A DNA stretch of 63,813 nucleotides, the filler included, from Intoshia linei (taxonomy: Eukaryota; Animalia; Orthonectida), in NCBI GenBank assembly GCA_001642005.1. It is 8 parts of 8 records of this genome, joined end to end, with 100 filler letters (N's around TTAATTAATTAA, not from the genome) between each part and the next. Parts side by side here need not be neighbours in the genome. Positions count along the whole stretch, not along the records: positions 25,957 to 38,202 come from LWCA01001094.1; positions 38,303 to 47,470 come from LWCA01001406.1; 6 more parts are not named here. One strand, given 5' to 3'. Below are positions 26,315 to 38,560 of the stretch, one piece after another (the stretch's first letter is position 1; every line of letters begins with the position of its first letter). Below the pieces are notes generated by a model that was given only the letters and a program-made list of their open reading frames with translations, did no database searches and was not told where the DNA came from. Made by a program: the position numbers and the translations under genes.

Positions 26315-29300
26315 TATCCGACCTCGATTCTACAATATTCAAAATATTAGGAAAATCTAAGTTCGAAAGTAATTAATTCACATTATACCAGTAGTTCCTA
26401 ACATACATTATATGTATGCATTATACTAGTATAATATGTTATAATGTACAACAACATAAAACAGTATTGTACTTCACAATTGGTACCATAAATTTCCCCA
26501 AAAAAAATAGTTCCCTATTATAATTTCTATATACTGTAAACATAAAATCATATGAATTATAAAAATTCATTAATCATCATTAACATAAATAATTAAAAAT
26601 AAATAGTTCACGATTACTTTACACCACTACTTCACCAAAAATGGATATCTAAAAATCGTTAATTAGTGAACAATCAGACTAGAGACGTATATTCTTATAA
26701 TAACAGAGACTATTAAGTAGACCAGTGGTTTTCAAACAGTGTTCCGCGAAATTTAATTGAGGTTCCGTGAAATATAAATGCGATATTTTTCAATTTAATG
26801 TTTTTCTAAATTACTGTTGTTTTTAATTTTAATTTTACATAAATGTATTCTCTAATAAAAATTAAATATAATACCTAATATATAAAACCTTTGGAAAAAA
26901 TATCAGGCCCAAATTTCTCATTGAGAAGAAAAAATACATTTCATTATTAAAAAATTTATGTTTTCAATATTAGAAGCGTCATTTTTAATTAAAAATCAAA
27001 TTGTTTTATATATGCGACATGCGAAACAAAATTTTGGATCATGCTTTTAGGTAACGCGATTTTTTGAAATTTCATAAGGGTTCCGCGCAGTAAAAAAGGT
27101 TGAGAAACACTGAAGTAGACATTACTACAAAGTAAATACATAATGTATAAAAAATTAAAAATAGTGCATTCCACAATATAATTTCAAATTCCGACAATTT
27201 TTTATACAAATTATGGAATGTATTTAAAATAAGTTACTTATAATCTTATAATGCCTAGGGGTCCGAGTACTCATTTGGAAACCGCTGCATTATACCATGG
27301 TTCATCTGAAATGTGTCGTGTAGACTCCAATTTAAAATTTAAAAGTGACATACTTAGCAATGAATCACAGTAGTAAATGCTTTAACTTTCATTACAACTT
27401 TTAATTGACAAAAAAATTAACATTTTTCGTGGTCCCGATGATGCCTCAATAATCTCAGAATTGATAATGCATATTATGGCTATTATTATGTTAATCGCTA
27501 CATTTTAGTATTTCATGAAAATTTAATATTCAACATAAACAAAAAAAATAGATTTAAACAAATTGACCATATTTTAAATGTTGAAAACACCAGCAAAGAT
27601 ACCCAAAGATATGATTTATTAACTCTATGTAATATATAAAGGATAAAACCATAATGAACCATAAATATGTTTAGCTTACAACACCACAAAAACGTTGAAT
27701 TTGAAATATATAATAAAATGTATGTTTTATAGATACAGTATACAGTATGTATATTATCAGAGCCGAACCAATCATGCTCGAAACGCGAAAATCAAAAGGG
27801 GCCTTAAACAATTAGATTTTAACCAAAGAATGTGTAATACGGCGTCCATATAGCCTCTATCGATCTCTCCACGCCCTTTACTAGACTATGCAAAAATATG
27901 GCCTTATTTAAGTAAAAAATTAATAGAGGCCTTTCCCCTACAGATCATCGCGGGTATGGTAGATTCGGCACTGTATATTTTAATTTAGTTGTAAAATAAT
28001 AATGTAATAGACATGTGCATAAATATTGATTATACATGTAATCAAAATTAACTATACTATCAGTACATCAATATGTACTTTATATTGAAAACATAATATT
28101 AATGTATTTAGCTTTAAATTTGTTCAATATTCCTTTGGAAGATTTTAAATTATATGCCTTTATAAAATGTAAATTGTATTTAAAATTATTTATTGTACCG
28201 TTAATGTTTAATCGTTATTATTTGATAATTATCAAACACTTATAATATTAATACATATGATACGTATTATGTAAATATTGAAACTATAAAATATAAAGTA
28301 AATTACGTTATTTTACTGCAACGATTCCCACATTAAGGTTCACTAATCACAATGGCTGAGTGAAATATTAGACACGAGTCCGAAAAAAATATAAAGAAAA
28401 TTTTTGATAATGTATTATTGATATCATGTAACCTAAAATTTGGGTCCTAAATATAATAAACTTTTCATGGGACACGTAAGAAGATAATTTATATCAAATG
28501 TCCAGCCGTAAATTAAAAAGTTTGAAAATCGCTGATATGTAACTACAAATTCTACCAAGAGAGAATAATGGTTGAAGTTGCAACCACATTTAACATTAAA
28601 AAATGAACATATAGGTATGATGCTACTAATTCAATTTTTCGTTTTTAATTAATTGAAATGCTTATAATGGGAAGTTAAGAAAAATGGTTTAACCATAAAG
28701 TATTTAATTATAATTAAATATTTCTTATTGTTATTTGTTAAATATACTTTGTATAATTTTTGTTCATACATGTTCAAACAGTACATTAGGGTGTTTCCAA
28801 AATCACAAAAACAAAAATTTATCAATAAAAAACATGAGTTTTGATATAAAATTAACTTATTACCAAACCCTTTTGCTTGAATTTAAAAAAAACCTCTCCG
28901 GTTTCAATTTTAGTCAAATATTTTTTTTTCACTATTATTATATGAAAATAGTTATTTTCATTTTACAATATAAATGTAACATATGTTAATTAAAATTAAA
29001 TTATATACACCTATTCAACAATACATTTCAGTTTCAACATGAGAAGGATCTACATGTATTTCAATAGTAATGAAAATGTTCTAAGTAGAAAACTTCCAAG
29101 TAAATTATAGGGTTTAGGAAAAAAATTATGTCAAAACACAGTTCAACAATTAATACTGTATTAATACCAATTTTGACATCTATTGAGTCAGATATACAAC
29201 TATCAATCAATTTATACATTATTCGTCGTTTAAAGTGACTCGAATAATTAAAAACGGAACAAATAAGAAAATAAATATATCTATCTTGACTTTAGAAATC

Positions 29301-32300
29301 ATTATTCAATGGGAACTATTTAACATATATTTATATAATATTTAACATACCAACTATACAACAAACGTCAGTGTATAACACATCTAATGATACAATACGA
29401 CAATTCGCAGAAAAACAATACAATTTTACCTATTATGCAACATTTGTTCAATAGAGATAATATTACGAAATTCTGAACAAAAAAAGATGAAGTCTTTTTT
29501 TGATCAATGTAACTCGAATCCATCATTTTCCAATAAAATTTTTTATTTTATTCCTCATCCTGAGGACCAGTTTGGTTCAGTGTTCGATCATCGATAGATT
29601 AGAACATATTAAGAAATTATGAAAATTTATCTTCTCCAGGAATAAAAAGTATGAATAAATATAAACGACATGGTTTCGAACGTGATCCAATGACAAAAGA
29701 AGTGTCCGAAAGAATAATTTATATGCTTAATAATGAGGTAAATCATGCAAAATCAATTTCCATGTTAAATTTAAATTTAATATATAGATTTAATAAATCA
29801 TGAAATTATTGCGTTAATGATTAATATACAACTAAAACATACAACATAACCATTGGTTATGTATATACACTGCGTTCCAAGTTATTATGCAAACATTAAA
29901 AACATTAATAATTTAAAAAGTAGTTACTTAATTCTATTAATTTTGTTTTATCATATTTATATATTTAACTAATAATACTTTAACGTCCCAAGAAAAATGT
30001 AATGTATTCAAAAAAAATAAATACACGAAGATTTAAGAAAATTTTGTGATTTTTGGTGTGCCAAATTATTATGCAAATGAATATTAAATAATAATTTTTT
30101 GTTAATACGAATAAATAAATTTTTTTAAATATTTAAATAATATAGTCTATTGTAATTTAAACTAAATTCAAGCAAAAAAATGTAATTAAACTTTACATAT
30201 TAATATAGCCCACCCTTCCGGATATTACCAGAAAAAGTCTTATAGCCATGGATTTCGTGAGGTTTTCAATTGTTTTTGCATCGATTGTTTTGATTAATAT
30301 TCTTTATTCCCACTGTATATCTTTCATTTAATTATTGACCATAGATTTTCAATACAATTAAGATCGAGAGAATTTGGCGGCTAACACATTATTTTTTCTG
30401 ATCTAGCTATTTGATGAAAAATATTCTTTTGTATGACGGGATGCGGGACTTGGGGCATTATCATACATAAAAATGAAATTTTTAAGAAAACAAGAAAGAA
30501 AATAAGATAATAAGATAACAAAAATAATAGAATTAAGTGACTACTTTTTTAATTGTTAGTGTTTTTAATGTTTGCATAATACCTTGGAACGCAATTTATT
30601 GTAATTTTTTTTATAAGTCCGATAGGTAATTTCATATTTTGTAGCCCCATATATACAAACTTTAGACTGTCAAATCAATCTATATACAAAATTTCATAGT
30701 TTTAACCGATTTGGGGCATTCAAGCGTCAAACCAGAAAGGTTTTTTGTTAACCAATAAAAAGTTTTTATCAGAATGTGATTTTTAGATAATTATTTATGT
30801 TTTTTATTGATAAATCTTGGTATTTTCTAAATTCATCCTCTTTTGGAAACACCCTATTGTACATACCTATACAAGTTTAAATCAGACATGTTGCTCATTT
30901 TTGGTAAAAATAATATTTAATTAGTAAAATAATGAATTAATATAGGCAACAAAAAATTTAACTCACTCATCAACATGTATCGAATTTTCAAATGTAAATT
31001 TTAATATATAAATTAATCTATATACAATATCAATAATAAAATATCTATATCTATAATATATCATACATGTATATTAATAATTATAATTAAAATTCAAAAA
31101 TAATCATAGATTATTTAACGTTTATCAATATTACCAAAGACGAAAAATTATTATCTAAAGGTAAGTTGTTATTTAAATATTTATTATAACAGTTTTATAT
31201 ATAATTACATAACTTAACAAATTTTTTATTAGCAAAGAAACTATTTACAATAATTGAAAAATTTTTTTCGTCACTTAACGAAAATATGCTTACATTGGAA
31301 ATATTACGTAAATTTTTGATTATAAATTATAAATTTAATATCTATCGAAACTGATGTTAATATAGCTTTTAATTAAGATATTTTTAGTTAGAATAATGGA
31401 TAGTTTATGTTTTAAAGGTATTTAAATCACGTATTATTAATCACGTACACGTATAATATATGTCGTATATACAAATCCTAGTTAACGGAATTTTAACTCG
31501 AAGAAATGTGAATAAAAACACAAGTACAATGTACACAAAACTATCGGGCCTTTCACATTTTGAAAAATTTTAGTTTTTAAAACAACTATAGGGCAATTAT
31601 ATTATGTTCAATGAACCATTCTCATATAATTTAGGTAATTCAATTAAATTCAATATTGAAAAAATTTAATTTAAAACTAATTTTATACACATTGTACTGT
31701 ATTTTTACTATTGAGCCTTTAATGGTCAAAGATGGAAACCATAATTATTTTTCAATTTAGAATTAGAACATTTAGAATACAAGGACCACAACATATTTTC
31801 AAGTTAAATAAAAATTCAGCAATTAGAGAGATAAAAATAATAAAATTATAATTTAGTTATTAAAATTTTCAAATTTTACATATTTGTCGTTGGTGAGGAT
31901 AATAAAATACCTCAAAATTATGTCAGTGACTAACAAAAGCAAAACTACACAATTTTTAATCATTCATAAATATTTAAGAAATGTTTTTACACTATTTCGT
32001 ATTGGAAAAAATCCAATTCCGTTAACTAAAACTTTTAATATAGTATACAATTATATCTTGATTCATCCTATAATGCATCGTGGATTTAATTCTATAAATT
32101 TAGATATTTTTGAAATGTTTTTTGATTTTATCAAAAATTTGATACATCATATAAATAAACGTAATATTATAATAAAATATATTTCAATTGTATGTGCGTG
32201 AATGGTTATCAAATATAATGATTCTATTGCTAGAATCAAAAATAATTTCGATATTTAGAGAAAAATAAAAAAGTTTAAAATTTACTTTTTGACCAATTAC

Positions 32301-35300
32301 CAATTATTAATTAGTTAATTAGTCAGAAAATTAAAAGTCTAGTTTTTCGAGATAGTATATGTAGAATCAAGACATGATTATAGTGTAGTGCTTTCAAAAT
32401 TTTCAGCCTATACGGGTCACCATGGACACACCGTCTATAATAGCGACGAATAAACTAATGGTACACATATACGAAAAAACTGATTTTGGGTCCTGTATCC
32501 ATTGATTAATCTTTAATTTAATCTAAGCAACATATTCGAAAAATATTTTTAAAACTGGGCTCCAAGGTTAAAATAAAATTTAAATTTTTAAATTCTAAAT
32601 TTTAATTGATATGATTTGGTGTCTCGGTGGGGTTGTTTATACAATGCTACTTGATATGATGTATCGAAAATTTAAATGTAAGATAATTAAGACTTTTCAC
32701 AACATTATCTATTAATTTAGAATACTAGGCACCGTAATAATTTGGGACCCTTCATATGATCCAGCCCCACTTAACGGTCCTGATCATACAATTTATATTA
32801 AAATTAGAGCGGACCTGGTATTCTTTAGAAAACGTATGCTAAACAAAAATGTGCCGTTGGTTACAGACGATTAAGATATGATGAGAAGATCATGATAAGA
32901 TTTCCCATGACGTTATTAATATGAAAATATTTCATTTAAAATTTAAAATTTAGACGTTAAATTTGATTTGAGGGGATGCAAATCCTTGAAAAAAACGTGG
33001 TCAACTACGAATAAGGCTTTATTATCATTATATTCAATTGAAATGATTAAAGGTTATTTTTTTATTCATTCAAATTAGTTCATTATACATTGTATATAAT
33101 GTATAATATATGACACAAATTTTCACATAGTGAAACATTGATTTAGGGTATCTACTTAAATCCAACCATTTTTACTAAAAATCAAAATTTACATACACTA
33201 AAAGGAAAAATCCAGTTTTACCAACCATAAAAGGAAAAATTCGGTTTTAAAAACCCTTTAGAGAAAATTTCAGTTTTATCAACCTTTAAGGGAAAAATCC
33301 AGTTTTACAGAATTGCGGCATATTTCATAAAAACTCAATATCACAAACAAAACAAAATAAAGTTCTCAAATTGTAAATTGTAAAGTAAAATTGGGATTTT
33401 TCCATTAAAGGTTGGTAAAACTGGAAGTTTCCCTAAAGGGCTTTTAAAACCGAATTTTTCCATTAAATGTTGGTAAAATTTGGATTTTTCCTTAGGGGTT
33501 TGTAAAAGTGCGTATTTAATAAAAATGGTTGGATTTTAGTAAAAATGATTGGGTTTAAGAATATTATCATTGATTTATTCAAAGTCTAAAAAAGGAATGT
33601 TTTTAAATTTAAATTTATCTGAACTGTTAGTAAAAAAATTGAAATAAAAAAAAATTATTAATTTGTAAAAAAATATATTTAATTCTGATTTTATAAGACA
33701 CTAGCTTGATTGTTATGTCGTCCGTACAAATAGAGTAGATTTGCCAATGTTCGAATTTTTAATTTTAAGACTAATTATAACAATTATAATATAGACCAGG
33801 GGTTCCCAAACTCATTTTGCCTACCGCTCTTTTATTAGCAAAATATTTTCTCAACGCCCCCTGAATTATTTTTCTACTACGTCGTATATATATTTAAAAA
33901 TTTACTCATTATTCAATATTTAATAATTAAAAAATTGTGTTAATAAAAATATAAATATATTCATTACTATCACTTTTTATATCAATGGATCTCAAAATTG
34001 CTATAAAAATATCCCCTTACAACCAAAAAATTCATCAACGCTCCACTCTATCCATCTAAAATCGTTTTTGGGTATACAGTGTTTTTATAATCGCCCACTT
34101 TGGCAACCCCTTATATAGACAATGAATGTATAATCTTAAAAACACTCCAATTATAGTTAAAACCTAAAAAATCGTCATAAATAACATGAATTCCAGAAAA
34201 AATAAAATTTTAAATACCTGTAGAGTCTAGATAAGTTGTTCAAATAATGCACAGCTTCTAATTTTACCACTCTTTAGTAGAAAAAATTAATAAGTTACCC
34301 TCTGCGGTTATCTTAGGTATCTTAAATTAGAGTTTTATCAGCATTCAAAACAAAAACATTTATTGACCATTCTTATTTTGTTTTGATAAAATATCTGTTA
34401 TTACTGATTAGCCTAATACCTCACTAAATATAGCCCAAATTTGTACTTGACCCGACTATGATGTGTTCATATAGACCCTATGTTAAGGATCAGTCGGAGA
34501 ATAATCGAATCTACCGTTACCAAGATACCCAGAATTTCTGATAGTTTCACTTGTGAAATTACGAATTCCTTACTGGAATTTCCTAAATATAAACCTTTTA
34601 ATATTAATAATTTTAAAAATTAGTGCTAAAATTCGAAATAGTATTAGACCATTTATCATTATGGGAAGACGTGGATTCATTCATAAAGCATTACGATTCT
34701 ACTAGAAAAAACTTGAATTTTTACCCATTTCTTGACATACTCTACAAAAACTTTGAAAAACAAGTAAATAAAATGGTAGAAAGTGTACACGACAGTTTAA
34801 CAATAAAATGTGTAATAAAATTGGTACTACACCAAATAAACCATCTTCAAATGTTTATAAAATATCAAATAAGTAAAGTATCTCATCATAATTATATGGA
34901 AAAATATGATAAAATGTTTCGATTGCTAAATGACTCGGAACGATATTGTAATCATGTATGTTTAAATGAAATGGATAATATATTGAATACTAATAATATA
35001 CCAACCTTACGGAAATTACGTTTAATTGAATCTGAAGAAAAGTTTATACAAATGTACAATAAACCTAAAGAAATTAAAATAAAGAAAAATTCAAACTCCG
35101 ATAATTACGAAACACTTCCGTCTATAAATTCACATGTAACTATTCAAAATGAACGATATCTTCCATCCATACAAAATACTCTTCAATTTGATGCATTTAA
35201 ACCAAATTATACAATCACAGACTATGAAAATAGGCCAATCAATGCAATAGTAAATATTAACCCTCCATTGTCAAAATCTCTGTGTTTTATAATGAGTGTT

Positions 35301-35958
35301 TTTTTCACGTCTTTAGGCATTTTTGACATTATTGTATCCAAATATAGCATGTTTTTCCCTCAAATGATAGCTGGATTGATGGTATACATTTAATATTATA
35401 TAGTACACTTTTAGTTTCATTATTGTAAAATTATACTTTATAGTTTATTATTATGGGCATCAATTCTGCTATATTCAATTATGAACATTATTTAAAATCT
35501 AATAAATATAAGGTAATTTATTATGTTTAATTTTTAGTATATCCTTTTTTAGATTATATTGTATATTATTTATATATTCTTGACAATAATAATCATTTTA
35601 TTTGGAATATTCTATTATATGTGTAAATTTTGTCTTTTATATCAAATTTATCTACCATTCAATGTTTATGTTCAAATAAATTCCTTATTTTTGGATAATT
35701 ATGGGTAATTTTTGACGTATTACATTTAATTTACATTATTTTAATAGATTTAAAGAAAATTTCGATTATACTTATGAAATTACCTCTTGTGTCGCCAATT
35801 GCACTCTTTTAATATGCACATTGGGGATTTTGCTTTCTTTAGATAAATGTGTTAAAATACTAAAAAAACAAATTTTTTCATTTCGAACTGTAATAGTTTA
35901 TCTTAGATTTGTTAAATCAGGGTTAAATCAATTTGATATGTCAATGGTCACAAAATGA
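26315..35958 (+). CDS. Uncharacterised gene: 12 symmetric phase-1 mini-exons, a large exon and a 4-TM (MS4A/CD20-like topology) C-terminus; 5' end missing
   Basis: Exons 26315-26368, 27509-27628, 27675-27719, 28112-28168, 30946-30993, 31110-31160, 31233-31307, 31388-31417, 31761-31802, 32104-32160, 32954-33052 and 34278-34316 are all AG/GT-bounded and open in phase 1. They are followed by 34624-35381, 35444-35512, 35553-35704 and about 35748-35958, encoding four hydrophobic helices. Confidence 0.6.
26723..27112. mobile_element. hAT MITE
   Basis: TIR CAGTGGTTTTCAAAC / GTTGAGAAACACTG; perfect 8-bp TSD AAGTAGAC. Confidence 0.85.
27758..27973. mobile_element. hAT MITE
   Basis: CAGAGCCGAA / TTCGGCACTG ends; TSD TATATTAT / TATATTTT. 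Confidence 0.65.
28787..30856. mobile_element. hATm-like TIR element containing a nested Tc1
   Basis: 16-bp perfect TIR TAGGGTGTTTCCAAAA, subterminal inverted similarity, and TSD-like CAGTACAT / TTGTACAT. Confidence 0.7.
29868..30596 (-). mobile_element. Tc1 (DD34E) deleted element
   Basis: TIR CACTGCGTTCCAAGTTATTATGCAAAC with TA flanks. Remnant YDNAPSP..HT...PPNSLDLNCIENLWS. A further TIR copy lies at 37631. Confidence 0.85.
33146..33568. mobile_element. MULE/foldback-type MITE
   Basis: 9-bp TSD ATTGATTTA; inner TIR TTAAATCCAACCATTTTTACTAAAA; ~30-bp subrepeats. Confidence 0.8.
33797..34112. mobile_element. hAT MITE
   Basis: CAGGGGTTCCCAAA / TTTGGCAACCCCTT ends; perfect TSD ATATAGAC. Confidence 0.8.
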
Positions 35959-36565
35959 AAAAAAAGTACAAATATATTTTTTGGTGTTTACCGATATTTT
36001 GACTTTATTTGATTATTATTTGATTTGAAACACTTTTTTAACCGATGCATTACACCCACTAGCCTTAATAGTGTAAGGTGACGTTGACAGATATTGCTAC
36101 CGTCATTAAATGTATACTATTTATTTATGATAATTAATAACCCATTAATAATTTAGATCGAAATTTCTCTATTACTCACCTTTGTGTATACTTTCCCGGT
36201 AATAGCAGTTGATTATAGCACATCTAGGCATATGTTTCTTTTTTCATTAATAGCAAATATACTGGTAAAATTATAACTTATAATAATTTTATAACTTATA
36301 ATTATACCTTTAGTAATAATTTTTCATTTTTATTATTAGCAATTACCATCATATGTTGTACTCACCATGCATAAACACAAGAAAAGCTTATTCTGGGTAT
36401 AATATATTGTAATTATAGTCTAACCGTCAATAATTATTTAAAAAAAATAAAATAATATAATTAATAATTATAATTGATTTCGATTATAAAACTGTACAAC
36501 ATTTTGCAATTCTTTGACAACCATCTAACTAATTTTCATCCGAAAATAAAGAGAGATATAATAAA

Positions 36566-37133
36566 GACAATATTCTTAAACCCAACCATTTTTACTAAAA
36601 TCCAACCATTATTACTAAAATTCAACCATTTTTACTAAAAATCCACTAAAAATAAAAGTACCTATCCTTAAGGGAAAAATCCAGTACTATCAAGCCGTAA
36701 GGTATTAACTTACTTTTACAAACCCTAAAACGAAAAATCCGATTTTACTAACCCTAAAAGGTTAAAACCTTCACTGCATTTTTCCTTTTAGTTTTGGTAA
36801 AAGTGGAATTTTGCCTAAAGGGTTGATAAGACTAATTTATTCACTGAAGGGTTGGTAAAAGTAGAATTTTACTTCAATGTTTGGTAAAACTGATTTTTTC
36901 ATTTTAAGGTAGGTAAAACTGGAATTTTCCCTAAATTTTTAGTAAACTGATTTTTTAATTTTATGGTTGGTAAAAGTGGAATTTTTCTTCAATGTTTGGT
37001 AAAACTGATTTTTTAATTTTAAGGTTGGTAAAGGTTGAATTTTGCCTAAAGGGTTGGTAGAACTGATTTTTTTATTTTATGGTTTAGTAAATTTTGATTT
37101 TTAGTAAAAATGATTGGATTTAAGTAGACACCC
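36566..37133. mobile_element. MULE/foldback-type MITE
   Basis: Perfect 9-bp TSD TATAATAAA; same family as 33146. Confidence 0.8.
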
Positions 37134-38560
37134 TATAATAAATACTACTATTATTATTATTGTAGATATTACGAAAATTTTTTGGCATAAATGTTGTTTT
37201 AAAAAACTGTAAATCTTTTTTATATATTTAAATATTTTTATTTCATATATACCAGGAGGCCCAACCTTTTTTTGATGCGATCCACTTTAAAATTTTTTAA
37301 TAAGTGACGATCGACTAATATATTAACCAGAAAAATGTTGCTGATCGGAACCTAGGTTAAAAATTAAAAATTATGATTGTAGAAAATATATAAATTAAAA
37401 TTAGGAATAATTCGAAGCACTTTCGTTTTATATTTGACAATTATCTGCAAAACCTAGTATAAGAAATAGAGGACTAACCGAAACCTTATAATTGAGTGTA
37501 GCAAGTATAACATTTAATAATATTGCTAGAGAATGGGTTAAATAAGTAAAGTTCCGGCACCCACTCCACATATAATAAACTACTTTTTATTAATATATAA
37601 ATACAATTAAATTTTATAAATATTAATATACACTGCGTTCCAAGTTATTATGCAAACATTAAAAACATTAATAATTTAAAAAGTAATCACTTAATTCTAT
37701 TAATTTTTTTATCATTATTTAATCATTTACTATATACAATTTTATTGTTACAAAAAAAATGGTTATAATAATAATTATAAATATGATTAATTTAGAATCC
37801 AAATTTTAGATAATACCATCCACAATTTTAATATTTATTTGTATATTGTAATAGATTAGGGGTGGAAAACTTTTACATCTCGATCCTTTTTTATATCAAT
37901 AAATTATAAGGGTCCATTTTTGAAAATTCAGTTTCAAAATAATTATGATCAATTAATTGTAGTAGAGAATGTTTAAAGCGGTGTTTAAAAGTTGAAAAGT
38001 TGAAAAATAAATATTTTACATATTTTCTCAAAGGGTCATAAAAATTAATCTTTGGATCAATGGTTGCAAACTCCCGTAATAGATGTTATATTTATATTAT
38101 ATCTATTTGTGTGTCCGTCTGAACTAATTTGATTACCCCTGCTCTAGATTGAAAAAACGCTTGATATTGTGTATTAATAAATTAATATTAATATATAATA
38201 TANNNNNNNNNNNNNNNNNNNNNNNNNNNNNNNNNNNNNNNNNNNNTTAATTAATTAANNNNNNNNNNNNNNNNNNNNNNNNNNNNNNNNNNNNNNNNNN
38301 NNATATAAATTACCTGGTGAAAAAAATGTAGGAACCTCTGATTTAACTATTTTAGAGTCTTAACTATTAAGTTTTTTTAATAGATTGTGTTAACATTGTG
38401 TTAATACATATCGTGTATAAATTTCTTATTTTTTTATAATATTTTTAGTTTTTTATTACTATACCCTTGCAACCCTTGGAAAAAGGAACCACTTTTTGCC
38501 AAAGGTGAATACGGAACTCATAGTTTATGTAATAGTATTAATTATATTTTGGTTTTACTA

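Noticed and set aside
36580-37100. ~30-bp periodic repeats that superficially resemble a CRISPR array (also 33200-33520 and 56850-57310)
   Set aside because: Degenerate tandem subrepeats in inverted arms of foldback elements; no unique spacers; eukaryotic context.
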